A stretch of 64,000 bases of DNA, taken from assembly GCA_044376115.1 (NCBI GenBank), contig JBILLK010000011.1:256001-320000 (forward strand). The letters run 5' to 3'. This document shows, piece after piece, positions 25,223 to 35,042 of the stretch. Position 1 is the first letter of the stretch; each line of letters begins with the position of its first letter. The translations under genes and the position numbers were made by a program. The notes under the pieces are model-generated. The model saw nothing but the letters and a program-made list of their open reading frames with translations, had not been told where the DNA came from and searched no databases. Source of the DNA: Polyangiaceae bacterium (GTDB lineage Bacteria > Myxococcota_A > Polyangia > Polyangiales > Polyangiaceae).

Positions 25223-27079
25223 ATGATTCGCAGCAACGTCTTTGTCTTCGGGGTGCTGATCTCGATTGTGGGTGCGTGCGGAGACGACAGCGCAACTGGC
25301 GGCGCTGGCGCGTCCGGAGGCGGGGGCGCTGGCGGAGCGGCCCCGGTCTGTAGCGTGGACCTCTCCGCGTTGCCCGAGGATACGGCGGAACCACCGCCGA
25401 TCTACACTCCGCGCTGGGCGTTTCACCCCTGGATCTCGAAGGACATCTCGACGGGGGAAGACTCAAGGACCTTCATCCAAGGGTTTCTCGACCGCGACAT
25501 CCCTGTTGGCGTGCTCGTCCTCGATAGCCCTTGGGAGACTCACTACAATACCTATGAGCCAAACCCAGTCCGTTATCCGGAGTTTAGCCAGATGGTGGCC
25601 GACTTCCGCGAGTTGGGCGTGAGAACGGTGGTCTGGACGACCCAGATGATCAATACCAGTGGCTTTGACTTGGAGCCCGGAGGTGACGGCTATGAAGGCC
25701 CTTCTCCGGACTACGCGCCCGCGTCTCAATGTGGTTATTTCGTCAATGAAGATCGCGTCTCGCCGTGGTGGAAGGGCCAAGGCCAGGGCATCGATTTCTT
25801 CAATCCCGAGGCCACCGTGTTTTGGCATCGCATGCTCGACCGTGTGCTCGACCTCGGTGTTTCAGGCTTCAAGCTCGACTTCGGCGAGAACTATATCGAT
25901 CAGTTGCCGATGACTACGGCCGCTGGCGAGAAGTCTCTGCAGGAGTACTCAGAGGCATATTACGAAGACTTTTATGCCTACGGCGCCGCAAAGCTCGGCA
26001 CCGAAGAATATGTCACGATGGTGCGGCCCTATGACGAGAGCTATCAATTCGAAGGGCGTTTCTTCGCGCGGCCGGAGCACGCGCCTGTTGCCTGGGTCGG
26101 CGACAATCGTCGCGACTACATAGGTATGCAGGATGCCCTCGATCACATGTTTCGCTCTGCCGACGCAGGATATGTGGTTATCGGTAGTGATATTGGCGGT
26201 TATCTCGACCGCAACGACCTCGACCTGACCGAGTCCATTCCGCTCGACCCGGACGTCTTCATGCGCTGGACCGCGCTAGGCGCAATGAATCCCTTTATGC
26301 AACTACACGGCCGGGCGAACTTGGAGCCGTGGACCTTCCCAGAGAAGGCGGAGGAGGTGACCGCCACCTATCGGTTTTGGGCGACGTTGCACGAGCAGAT
26401 GGTGCCCTTCTTCGATTCGGTCGCCACCCAAGCGTATGACGGTGGGCCGGTGCGGATGATGGCGCCGATCACCGACGAAGCCGGCTGGCCCGACGATTAT
26501 CGCTTCATGTTGGGCGGTGCGCTCTTGGTGGTCCCGGTGGTCGACGGCAGTGGCGCGCGGGACATTGAGTTCCCAGCGGACGCCCGCTACTTCGACCTCT
26601 TCGATCCGGCTGGTTTGGCGATTGAGCCGGGCGCGACGCTGTCGTCTGTGGACGTGTCCGACCCGACCCGGATACCGGTCTATCTACGTGAGGGCGCCAT
26701 TATCCCATTGGAGGTTTCGGGGGACATTACGCCGTTCGGAACGTCTGCTTCAGCTGGAGCTTTGACGGTGCTCGTAGCGCCTTCCGAGGACGGTTCAACC
26801 TTCGCGGTGGTCGCCGAGGACGAGTCGATCGAAGCGACGATCACAGCGCAACGAGCGGCGAACTCGACCACGGTCGATCTTGGGGCACATACCCGCAGGC
26901 TGATTCTGCGAGTGCGGGTAGAGGAGGCGCCCACCGGGGTGGATGTCGATGGCACGTTGCTCGAGCCCGCGCTCGACCAGGCGGCTTTCGACGCCGCCGA
27001 GGAGAGCTACCGTGTCGACGGCGGCTACGTGTGGATCAAGGTGCCGGCGGGGGCAGGCGAAGCGGTGCTGATCCAATAG
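25223..27079 (+). CDS. glycoside hydrolase family 31 lipoprotein
   Basis: Lipobox VGAC; DIPVGVLVLDSPW, nucleophile motif GFKLDFGE, acid/base WVGDN, GSDIGGY, MQLHG. Confidence 0.85.
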   Translation: MIRSNVFVFGVLISIVGACGDDSATGGAGASGGGGAGGAAPVCSVDLSALPEDTAEPPPIYTPRWAFHPWISKDISTGEDSRTFIQGFLDRDIPVGVLVLDSPWETHYNTYEPNPVRYPEFSQMVADFRELGVRTVVWTTQMINTSGFDLEPGGDGYEGPSPDYAPASQCGYFVNEDRVSPWWKGQGQGIDFFNPEATVFWHRMLDRVLDLGVSGFKLDFGENYIDQLPMTTAAGEKSLQEYSEAYYEDFYAYGAAKLGTEEYVTMVRPYDESYQFEGRFFARPEHAPVAWVGDNRRDYIGMQDALDHMFRSADAGYVVIGSDIGGYLDRNDLDLTESIPLDPDVFMRWTALGAMNPFMQLHGRANLEPWTFPEKAEEVTATYRFWATLHEQMVPFFDSVATQAYDGGPVRMMAPITDEAGWPDDYRFMLGGALLVVPVVDGSGARDIEFPADARYFDLFDPAGLAIEPGATLSSVDVSDPTRIPVYLREGAIIPLEVSGDITPFGTSASAGALTVLVAPSEDGSTFAVVAEDESIEATITAQRAANSTTVDLGAHTRRLILRVRVEEAPTGVDVDGTLLEPALDQAAFDAAEESYRVDGGYVWIKVPAGAGEAVLIQ

Positions 27080-27093
27080 AGGCCGGGCCGGCC

Positions 27094-27804
27094 CTACTTG
27101 ACCAATCGCAAGAAGGGCGGCCGCTTCGGCGGTTGAGGCGGCGGATCATCGGGGGGGGTGTCGCTTGGCGGGGACGCGGGCGGCGCCTCTCCGCTCGTCT
27201 CCACCGCGGGCGGAGGCGGTGCTGCCGACGAGATCTTGGAGGTGGGCGCTTCAGGCGCTTTTGCAGCGCTCTCTCCGACGAACGCCTCTGAACGCGTTGA
27301 GCCGCAGAGGGGGCACGAATCCACGTCCTCGGGCCAGCGGATCTCGCACACTTTGCAGGTCCCTTCGCCGGTTGGGGCCGGAAGGGCCTCCGGGCTGGCC
27401 TCCTCCGATGAATCAGCTGGTCCCACGGCTCGGAGGTGAGAGCGTTTGGCTGCGGGCGGTGGGGCCGGCGGTTCTGGCCCAGGGCCTGGACCCCAAGAGA
27501 AACCCCGGCGATCGACGTCGCTCACGATCGCGTAGACAGCGGTCCACGGGATGCGGCACCAAAATGGCCGCCGCGAGAAGCTGAGAGTGCCACAAATCGC
27601 GTCTGGCTCGACCTCGAGGTCTTTGATTGGCACCCGCATGTTGAGGCCAAACTGGAGCACGAGCTCACGCTGGGTCTTGAACTGTGCAGGGACCATCACG
27701 TCGGGATGACGCGGGTCGAGGTGAATGAAGATGCCCGAACTCTCGAGGAGCTTGAGCGCTACTTGGTGCTTTGGCGGCAGGGACACGAAGGCCGCACTGT
27801 ACAC
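27094..27804 (-). CDS. SspB-like (ClpXP adaptor/stringent starvation protein B) protein with zinc ribbon
   Basis: FIHLDPRHPDVMVP, LVLQFGLNM, GTLSFSRRPFWCRIPWTAVYA; CKVC...CPLC; C-terminal RPPFLRLVK. Confidence 0.75.
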   Translation of the reverse strand: MYSAAFVSLPPKHQVALKLLESSGIFIHLDPRHPDVMVPAQFKTQRELVLQFGLNMRVPIKDLEVEPDAICGTLSFSRRPFWCRIPWTAVYAIVSDVDRRGFSWGPGPGPEPPAPPPAAKRSHLRAVGPADSSEEASPEALPAPTGEGTCKVCEIRWPEDVDSCPLCGSTRSEAFVGESAAKAPEAPTSKISSAAPPPPAVETSGEAPPASPPSDTPPDDPPPQPPKRPPFLRLVK

Positions 27805-27846
27805 GAGAGCGGCGAAGGAGGGGCGCTTGCGTTGCGCCGAAGGCGG

Positions 27847-28569
27847 TCACGAGGGCTTGGCCGCAAGCAAGCCGCTGGAACGCAATTCGGCGCTGGTAAC
27901 GGGCTGATAGTGAGCTTGGGTAACCTTTAGCTCGTTGCGAACCTCGCTGAGCGGACGCGCCAACCATGCTTCCCACTCGACCGCCGGAAGCCAGTCTGCG
28001 CGTTGGCCAGCGCGATAACCAGCGAGGATGTCCGCCCGCCCGGCCGAGTCAAACTTTGCAAGGCCAAGCAAAACGACCGCGAGAATCCCGGGGTTTTTGG
28101 TTTGTGCGAAGGTGAAGGCGAGGAGCGCGCCCTCGCCCACCAGGTCCGGCCCATAGCCCGTTACCACGTGCCAGAGGTCGTGCGCATCACGCAGCCGATC
28201 TCCCAAGTAGCGCATGTCTTCGGGCAGATTCTCCGGTCTGCGGCCGCCAAGTTCACTGGCCTCTGCGATCCCCTCGGCGGAGATTCCCTGGCTTTCAACG
28301 AACTCGAGGTAGTGGCGCCCGAGGCTACCTTCGGGCAGCGCGCGAAGCGCCTCCCGGTCGCAAAGCTGTTTGGCTAGCTGGGGTTTCACCGCCAAAAGGT
28401 GTGCCCCGCTCCGGGAGCTTTTGGTTTGGGACAGCAAGTACTCCGGCGCACGCCCCGGCAGACTGTCAATGATGGTGAAAACGTTGGGCAGGTCGTCCGG
28501 ATCGGCCAAGAGCTGGCGAAGGGCGCGCAGGGCAACGAAGGGGCGATTCTTGCGAGTGGCGAGTTCCAC
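27847..28569 (-). CDS. Coq4 family protein
   Basis: GGAGG RBS before GTG 28569; LRALPEGSLGRHY and metal motif HDLWHVVTGYGPDLVGE. Confidence 0.85.
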   Translation of the reverse strand: MELATRKNRPFVALRALRQLLADPDDLPNVFTIIDSLPGRAPEYLLSQTKSSRSGAHLLAVKPQLAKQLCDREALRALPEGSLGRHYLEFVESQGISAEGIAEASELGGRRPENLPEDMRYLGDRLRDAHDLWHVVTGYGPDLVGEGALLAFTFAQTKNPGILAVVLLGLAKFDSAGRADILAGYRAGQRADWLPAVEWEAWLARPLSEVRNELKVTQAHYQPVTSAELRSSGLLAAKPS

Positions 28570-28598
28570 AGGACCTCCAGAGTTGTTTGTGAACAGAA

Positions 28599-28620
28599 CT
28601 GTAGATAGCGCTATCGACAG
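28599..28620. promoter_or_regulatory. putative TetR operator (22-bp imperfect palindrome)
   Basis: CTGTAGATAGC-GCTATCGACAG, one mismatch, between the divergent coq4-like and tetR genes. Confidence 0.65.
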
Positions 28621-28674
28621 GGTTATCAATAGGCGGCTCGCGGAAAGTCGGCCCAACTGTGCGAAGCTCCGAGG

Positions 28675-29337
28675 GTGACCAAGACGGGTGCGCCCAAACT
28701 CCGTCGCCGCTTATCGGCGCAAGACGCTCGCGAGGCGATCCTGTCTGCGACGGAGAAGCGACTGCGTGAGCACGGGCCCGACGCTTTGCGCCTTCAAGCC
28801 ATCGCCAGCGATGTTGGGCTTTCCCACCCCACGGTGCTCCATCACATCGGAAGTCGTGAGGACTTGGTGCGCGAGGTGGTGCATCGCGCTATCGGCAAAC
28901 TCGAGAGCGACCTCTTGGCCTGCTTTACGGAGCAGCTCGCGGCCACCGACATTGTCTCGACACTGCATCATGTCGACGAGGTGCTGCGAGCGCAGGGGCA
29001 AGCACGGTTGGTCGCGTGGTTGGCGCTGACCGAGCCGCGAGGGGAAGCAAGTGACACCCGCTTGGGGGAACTGACAGCTGCGCTTCACAGTGCCCGCGCT
29101 GCAGATGGAACTGCCTACGAGGACACGGCCTTCGCCGTAGTATTGGCGGCCACTTCGCTGTTTGGCGCCGCGCTGCTTGGGCCCAGCTTGTTGTCGATGA
29201 CCGGGCTCGGTAACGACGAGAAGGTGCAACGACGCTTTCGTGAATGGCTGGCCGGGCTGCTCTTGGCGCACGCAGGCTTGCCGTCGCCTGAGCCGGAACT
29301 CTCGGGCGACGCCGCGGATTCGCGTGTGAAGAGCTGA
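28675..29337 (+). CDS. TetR/AcrR family transcriptional regulator
   Basis: REAILSATEKRLREHGPDALRLQAIASDVGLSHPTVLHHIGSREDL. Confidence 0.9.
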   Translation: MTKTGAPKLRRRLSAQDAREAILSATEKRLREHGPDALRLQAIASDVGLSHPTVLHHIGSREDLVREVVHRAIGKLESDLLACFTEQLAATDIVSTLHHVDEVLRAQGQARLVAWLALTEPRGEASDTRLGELTAALHSARAADGTAYEDTAFAVVLAATSLFGAALLGPSLLSMTGLGNDEKVQRRFREWLAGLLLAHAGLPSPEPELSGDAADSRVKS

Positions 29338-29352
29338 GCGGGCGAGGTCGCG

Positions 29353-31794
29353 CTATTCAGGGTCTGATGGGTGCGCTGCGAGCACCGCTTGGCGGAGCTC
29401 CATCGGGTCTAGAGGCTTCGCGAGGAAATCGTCGACTCCGGCGCTGAAAGCAGCGGCTCGTTCAGCGTTGGTCGTGTTCGCGGTCAGCGCCACGATGCGC
29501 GGCTGACGCCCGCCGAGAGCTCGGATGCGACGCGTGGCTTCCATGCCGTCGAGCTCAGGCATCTGGATGTCCATCAGCACGAGGTCGTAGTCCCTCGCGC
29601 ACACGGCCTCGATGCCCTCAAAGCCGTTCGCGGCGACGTCGCACGTGGCTCCTATCCGGGCCAAAAGTAGCTTGGCGACCTTCTGATTCACGACGTCGTC
29701 TTCGACCAGCAGAATTCGCACGGACGGGACGGGGGAGATGGACGGCTCCAGTTCGGTGCGAGTGGATGTGACCTCCGCGAGGGCGCGAGCCAGCCGCGTG
29801 AGTTCGGCGGGCCGCTGCACGAAGCGGACTCTCGGGCCCTCGGCGCGTACTCCGGCGGGCGCGCAGACGACGAGAGGCACGTTCGATCTAGCGCGCACCC
29901 TTCGCACGAGCTGGCGCGCCTCCTCCGAACTTCCGCTTAGGCCGATCACCAATACGTTGATCTCAGCGTCGGACGCGGCGCCAGCGAGCACCGCTTCTTC
30001 GGACGCGAACTCGACGGGCACTCCGCCGAGCCGCGCGAGCCTTTGAACCAAGGCGCGCGCATGGATGGCGGAGGGCTCGTGGACACCCACGCGTCGCCCG
30101 ACCGCGCCGAGAGGAAGCGCCATGGTCGACCGTGCGCCCGTCGCCGCTGCTGGCAGACATAAAAGGAACGTCGAGCCGGTCCCCACGCTGCGCTCCAGAG
30201 ACAGAGTTCCGTTCATCATCTCTGTGAGTCGACGGCTGATGGTAAGGCCAAGCCCGGTGCCGCCGAATCTCCTCGTGGTGGAGCTTTCAGCCTGCGCAAA
30301 GGGCTGAAAGATTGTGCTTTGGAGATTGGGCGGTACTCCGATGCCGGTGTCCTCCACAGCGATGGAGAGGACGTTAGCGGACTCGTCATGGCTGACGTGG
30401 ACGACTACGTGGCCGCGTTCGGTGAACTTGACCGCATTGCCGACAAGGTTCAGCACGATCTGGCGCACGCGGGCTGGATCCCCGAGGACGGCGTCAGGCA
30501 CGTCGGCGTCACACCAGCCCGCGAGGTCCAGGTTTTTGCGCGCGGCTGGGAGTGCCACCAAGTCCAGGCACTCGTCGATGACGCGAAGTGGCGAGAACGG
30601 GATGTGCTCGAGCGACAGCTTGCCTGACTCGATCTTCGAGTAGTCCAGCACGTTGTTCGCAACCGCAAGGAGGTTCTCGCCGCTCGAACGGATCGTGTCG
30701 ACGTAGTCACGTTGCTCGGGGGAGAGCGGCGTATCCAACACCAACGAACACATGCCAAGGACCGCGTTCATCGGTGTCCGCAGTTCGTGGCTGATGTGGG
30801 CTAGGAATGCCTCGCTCGCACGGGTTGCCTCCTCGGCCGTTCGCTTGGCGCCCGTCAGTGCGACGTTTAGCCGACGGAGGTCTGCGATCGACTGCGAGTG
30901 GTTCTCGAGGAGCTGAATCAGGTCGGTCGCCGGGTCATGCAGCGCGAAGTCTTCGAGGGTGAGCCCATGTTGCTCGAGCGCCATCAGGGAGGTGACCCAG
31001 GGAGACCCAAGGAACATCAGCCCGCGGCCTAGCGGCGTTGGCTTCAGCGAGCCGCGAAGGAGCGGCCCCCCGCTCGTTCCTTCGAGTATGAACAGGACGT
31101 TCTTCGACGCGGATAACGACTCGAAGGTCGCCGGCAGGCTCGGCCGCCGAATCAGGAACACTTCGTCGAACGCGACCCCGGTCAGATCCCGCCCGAGGAG
31201 CTTCTGAAGCGAGTGGCCCCACGTCGTGAAGCGCAGCTCTGCGTCGAGTACGAAGGAGAACGGGAACGCTTCTGCGAGCTGCTTCGGTCCCAGTCCGAAG
31301 GCTGCATCGCGCTGATGTTGGAGCTCGGCCTCTGCGAGCCGAGCGAGGTCGCGTAGCGCGTCGAGCTGAGAGGAAGATGGGTCGCGGGGCACGCTGTCGA
31401 CTACGCACAGCGTGCCGACGCGAGCCCCCTTCGAGGACCGCACCGGGAACCCTGCGTAGAAGCGGATGTGGGGAGGCCCAAGGACGAGCGGGTTCGCTTT
31501 GAAGCGCTCATCCTTGGTGGCGTCTCGTACGACCAGGAAGCCTTCGTCGAGGATGGTGTGGCTGCAGAACGAGACGTCGCGCGAAGTTTCGGAGATCTCT
31601 GCGCCTACCGTCGACTTGAACCACTGGCGGCAGTCGTCGACCAACGTCAGAAATGCCATCGGTGTTCCGAAGACCTGGGCCGCCAAGCGGGTGAGGCAGT
31701 CGAACCGCTCGTCTCGCGGGGTGTCGAGCATCCGTAGCGCGCGGAGCTCGGCGAGCCGGACCGCCTCATCCTCGGGTCGACCAGGCGGGATCAT
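29353..31794 (-). CDS. hybrid histidine kinase GAF-HNOBA-HisKA-HATPase-REC(degenerate)-REC
   Basis: GAF SFCSHTI...RFYAGFP; HNOBA AFPFSFVLD...FLGSPWV...GLTLEDFALHD; SHELRTPMN; NLVGNAVKFT; GGTGLGL; LMDIQMP. Confidence 0.92.
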   Translation of the reverse strand: MIPPGRPEDEAVRLAELRALRMLDTPRDERFDCLTRLAAQVFGTPMAFLTLVDDCRQWFKSTVGAEISETSRDVSFCSHTILDEGFLVVRDATKDERFKANPLVLGPPHIRFYAGFPVRSSKGARVGTLCVVDSVPRDPSSSQLDALRDLARLAEAELQHQRDAAFGLGPKQLAEAFPFSFVLDAELRFTTWGHSLQKLLGRDLTGVAFDEVFLIRRPSLPATFESLSASKNVLFILEGTSGGPLLRGSLKPTPLGRGLMFLGSPWVTSLMALEQHGLTLEDFALHDPATDLIQLLENHSQSIADLRRLNVALTGAKRTAEEATRASEAFLAHISHELRTPMNAVLGMCSLVLDTPLSPEQRDYVDTIRSSGENLLAVANNVLDYSKIESGKLSLEHIPFSPLRVIDECLDLVALPAARKNLDLAGWCDADVPDAVLGDPARVRQIVLNLVGNAVKFTERGHVVVHVSHDESANVLSIAVEDTGIGVPPNLQSTIFQPFAQAESSTTRRFGGTGLGLTISRRLTEMMNGTLSLERSVGTGSTFLLCLPAAATGARSTMALPLGAVGRRVGVHEPSAIHARALVQRLARLGGVPVEFASEEAVLAGAASDAEINVLVIGLSGSSEEARQLVRRVRARSNVPLVVCAPAGVRAEGPRVRFVQRPAELTRLARALAEVTSTRTELEPSISPVPSVRILLVEDDVVNQKVAKLLLARIGATCDVAANGFEGIEAVCARDYDLVLMDIQMPELDGMEATRRIRALGGRQPRIVALTANTTNAERAAAFSAGVDDFLAKPLDPMELRQAVLAAHPSDPE

Positions 31795-31801
31795 GGACCC
31801 T

Positions 31802-32356
31802 TCACGATGCGGCGGGTTGCATGCGCATCAGGAACACGTCGTGGTCGCGGCTGTCTTCCCCACGCCGCGCGACATGCTCGACCGATGCAGGGGTCTGGAA
31901 GTGCTTGGAGAGCCCACGCAATAGACCGACCACAAAGGGTTGAAGCCCCTCCCGGTGGCTCCGGTACTCGACGCGGAGTGCGCCATCCTCGACCTCGGAG
32001 CACGAGAAGGTAGGCGGCACCAGATGGTCGAAAGTCAAGGCGACCCGCGCGTGGAAGTTGGGGAGGTTGAGTAAGAACTCACGCAACCCCGCTGCGCGCA
32101 GCAAGACGGGGTAGCGGGTGCGGGCGGTGGTTAGGATCCAGTGCTCTCCGAACTCGATGAGTAAGCTCTCGGCCTCGACTCCGGTTACTTCGCACGCGCT
32201 CGCAACGAGTTGATAGGTGATCGCGTCATCGTAGCCCTCGTCCCCCATGAAGACCTCATCGGTGACGCCCGCGCGTTCAGCGATCAAGCGCCACTTTTGT
32301 TCGCCGAATCGCTCCGTTAGCAGCTCCTGCAGAGCGCCATTCACCAAGCCGTACAT
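31802..32356 (-). CDS. H-NOX (heme-NO/O2 binding) protein
   Basis: MYGLVN start, YDDAITYQLV, FGEHW, proximal His in LPNFHARV, PPTFSC, YxSxR motif (YRSHR). Confidence 0.93.
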   Translation of the reverse strand: MYGLVNGALQELLTERFGEQKWRLIAERAGVTDEVFMGDEGYDDAITYQLVASACEVTGVEAESLLIEFGEHWILTTARTRYPVLLRAAGLREFLLNLPNFHARVALTFDHLVPPTFSCSEVEDGALRVEYRSHREGLQPFVVGLLRGLSKHFQTPASVEHVARRGEDSRDHDVFLMRMQPAAS

Positions 32357-32387
32357 CGGTGCAGTGTCTCACGTCGTTTCGGCGCGG

Positions 32388-33758
32388 TCACGCGTGTGAG
32401 CTATGCAGAGTCATTTCGTGAGGCACCGAGCGCGCGGCCGCCTGGAGCTCCGCGTCGATCGTGGCGATGTAGCGGTCGAGCGAGGCTCGCTCGCGCAAGG
32501 TGCGGTGAGCACCCTCGACCAGGCGTTGCGCGAGCGACGGATCGCGCATGAGGCGCGTAGCTGCGTGCGCCATGCTCCGTGCATCGGACACGTGGAGGCT
32601 GTTGTCTTCGTGGGCGAGGAGCTCGCGCGCTCCGCCGGTGGGCATCGCGATCACCGGGACCCCGCACGACATCGCCTCGAGGTAGGTGAGCCCGGCAGGC
32701 TCGTTCCACCTCGACGGGAACAGGAATACGTCGCTCGCACGGTACAGCGCTCCAAGCTCTTGCCTCGGGACGAAGCCGAGCCATTGCACCTGCTCCGATA
32801 CTTCGAGTTGCTGCGCAAGGAGTCGGAGTCTCGCAAGCTCCGAAGGCTCCCCGCTGCCCGCCACGCTGAGGGTTGCGCGCACGCCTGAGCGCGCGAGCTC
32901 CGCGAGCGTCTCGATGGCGATGTCGCAGCCCTTCGTCGGGTGGACCCGGCCGGCGAAGAGGAGCCGCGGCGAATCGCCGACGGGGCGAAACGGGCGCGCT
33001 GCAAAGGTGAGCAGGCACACACCCTGCCACGCCACCGTCCCTTCTGGTTCCGGCGCTCCTCCGAGGCGTAGCGCTTCGCGCGTGGCCCCGCTGACGTAGA
33101 CGGCTCGCTCGATGTCGACGCCTCGCCACGTTCGCGCCGAAAGCCCCGCACGCTCGGCCGCCGACCATAGCCACCGGCGGGCCCGGCTCGAGCCCTCACC
33201 CGGTCGGTGGGCGAGCAGCCAGTCGTCGTTGAAGCAGAACACGGTGGGCAGCTGCTCATCGAACGGCACCTCTTCCCAGATCGTCCTTCGCACCGCGGAC
33301 GCCGCCATCGAGAAGAAGTGCCCGCGTCGAAGCTTCACCGGCTCTTGCGCGCCGAACGCGCGCCGGTAGTCGAGCTGCACCGTCGAGGTTGCGCGCGGCC
33401 GGGCGATCTGTCGACCGAAGGTCGCCGCCACCGAAGAATCTGCAACCAGCGGTGTGATGAGGGCGGCGAGGGCGTCCTCGCTGAGCGCGATGGCGTCCGC
33501 GTTCACGAACGCGACGATGTCGGAGGACGTCTCGCTCATCGCGCGGTTGAGCACCGCACCCGGCCGGTAGCTCGCCGGATCGACGTCGAGCAGGCGAACC
33601 CCGCGGTCCAGTGCGACCTCGCGCGAGCCGTCGCTCGATCCGCAGTCGAAGAAGTGAACGCGAGGGCGGACCCCGACCTGGCGAGCGAGCGCGTCGAGCG
33701 CTCGAGGAACATGGGGCATTTCGTTGCGACAGCGGACGACGACATCGATGATGGTCAT
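32388..33758 (-). CDS. chimeric glycosyltransferase: GT2 N-terminal part fused to a GT4 C-terminal part
   Basis: GT-A motifs DCGSSDGS, FVNADA, FSMAASAVRR, PFDEQL, then GT-B motifs FAGRVHPTKG, FPSRWNEPAGLTYLEAMSCGVPVI. Confidence 0.75.
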   Translation of the reverse strand: MTIIDVVVRCRNEMPHVPRALDALARQVGVRPRVHFFDCGSSDGSREVALDRGVRLLDVDPASYRPGAVLNRAMSETSSDIVAFVNADAIALSEDALAALITPLVADSSVAATFGRQIARPRATSTVQLDYRRAFGAQEPVKLRRGHFFSMAASAVRRTIWEEVPFDEQLPTVFCFNDDWLLAHRPGEGSSRARRWLWSAAERAGLSARTWRGVDIERAVYVSGATREALRLGGAPEPEGTVAWQGVCLLTFAARPFRPVGDSPRLLFAGRVHPTKGCDIAIETLAELARSGVRATLSVAGSGEPSELARLRLLAQQLEVSEQVQWLGFVPRQELGALYRASDVFLFPSRWNEPAGLTYLEAMSCGVPVIAMPTGGARELLAHEDNSLHVSDARSMAHAATRLMRDPSLAQRLVEGAHRTLRERASLDRYIATIDAELQAAARSVPHEMTLHSSHA

Positions 33759-35011
33759 AGGTTTACTCCTCGGCCTGGTTGCGTGCGGCGGTGCTCCTGG
33801 AGCACCGTTTGATAAGTTGCAGAGATGGACTTTGAGACGACCCCCCAGTCGAAGCGGGACTGGACGAGGGCGCGGCCGCGGTGCGCTGCGTGCCGCCGGC
33901 GTTCGGGGTCTTTGAGCGCAGCCTCGATCGCGGCGGCCCAAGCTCGAGGGTCGAGCGATCCGACCATCCACGAGTCGTCGCCGAAAGCTCGCCCGAGGCG
34001 CGCGAGGCCCGAATGTGCGGCCAAGAGCGCCGGCTTGCCCGAGGCCCAAGCCTCGAGCGCGATCAGCCCGAACGCCTCGTGTTTGGACGGCATCACCACC
34101 AACGTCGCGAGCGCGAGCAGATCGGGGAGGTCACGCAGCGGGTCGACGTTGCCAAGCACGTGCACGCGATCGGCGAGCCCCAACGAGCGCGCCTCCTCTG
34201 CGATCTTTGCGCCGTAGCCGCGGTCGGTCTCGGCCCCAGCGAGCACCAGGCGTGCGTTGGCGACGCTCGATATCGCGCGGACGGCGGCGAGCTGATTTTT
34301 CTGGTCCGAGAGTCGCCCAACCAGCAGGACGATCGGGTCGTTGCTCGAAAGCTCGGGCCATCGGGCGCGCGCACGCTCCTCCGAAGCCGACGCAAAGCGT
34401 GCGAGCTCGACGCCTTGGTCGAGCAGGAGCGCGCGCTCGCCTACGCGGGTCTGCAGCGCGCGAAGCTCCTCCTCGTTGAAGCAGAGAACGCGCGCTGCGT
34501 CGTCGATCACGCGGCGCGAGCCGAGCAGCCATCCGAGCGGCTGGCCGAGATCGACGAGACCCGAGAGGCGCTGCTCGGTGTCGCGTCGCAATAGCTCGGG
34601 ATGCGCGAGCAGCGGGCCGTGGACCGAGACGACGTAAGGCCGCCCGGTGAGTCGCATCGCAGCGCGAACAGACCCTCCCACGCGACCCTGCGTATGGACG
34701 TGGGCGAGGTCGAGCGTGCGGTCGCACACGAGCCTCAGCGGCTCGTCGATCGTGCCGAGGTTCCCCGCGTTTGAAACGAGCGACGCTCGTCGATCCGCAC
34801 GACCGATGAACGGGCAGAAGGCTCGATAGCGGCGAAGCACGACCGACGCGGGGAGGGCGAAGTCGTCGCCCGTGGGGCCCTTCGGAGCGTGGACCTCCAC
34901 CGACACGCCTTCCGCTGCCTGCCGCGTAGCGAGCGCCGCGACGTGCGTCTCCGTCCCGCCCCACGAGGCAGGATCGTATTTGCGAAGGACGTGGGCGACT
35001 CGGAGCTTCAT
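33755..35011 (-). CDS. glycosyltransferase family 4
   Basis: WGGTETHV, VGRLSDQKNQ, PSKHEAFGLIALEAWASGKP, FDW. Confidence 0.9.
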   Translation of the reverse strand: MKLRVAHVLRKYDPASWGGTETHVAALATRQAAEGVSVEVHAPKGPTGDDFALPASVVLRRYRAFCPFIGRADRRASLVSNAGNLGTIDEPLRLVCDRTLDLAHVHTQGRVGGSVRAAMRLTGRPYVVSVHGPLLAHPELLRRDTEQRLSGLVDLGQPLGWLLGSRRVIDDAARVLCFNEEELRALQTRVGERALLLDQGVELARFASASEERARARWPELSSNDPIVLLVGRLSDQKNQLAAVRAISSVANARLVLAGAETDRGYGAKIAEEARSLGLADRVHVLGNVDPLRDLPDLLALATLVVMPSKHEAFGLIALEAWASGKPALLAAHSGLARLGRAFGDDSWMVGSLDPRAWAAAIEAALKDPERRRHAAHRGRALVQSRFDWGVVSKSISATYQTVLQEHRRTQPGRGVNL

Positions 35012-35042
35012 CTTGGGATTGGCCTTTGCAACCGCTCGGCCA

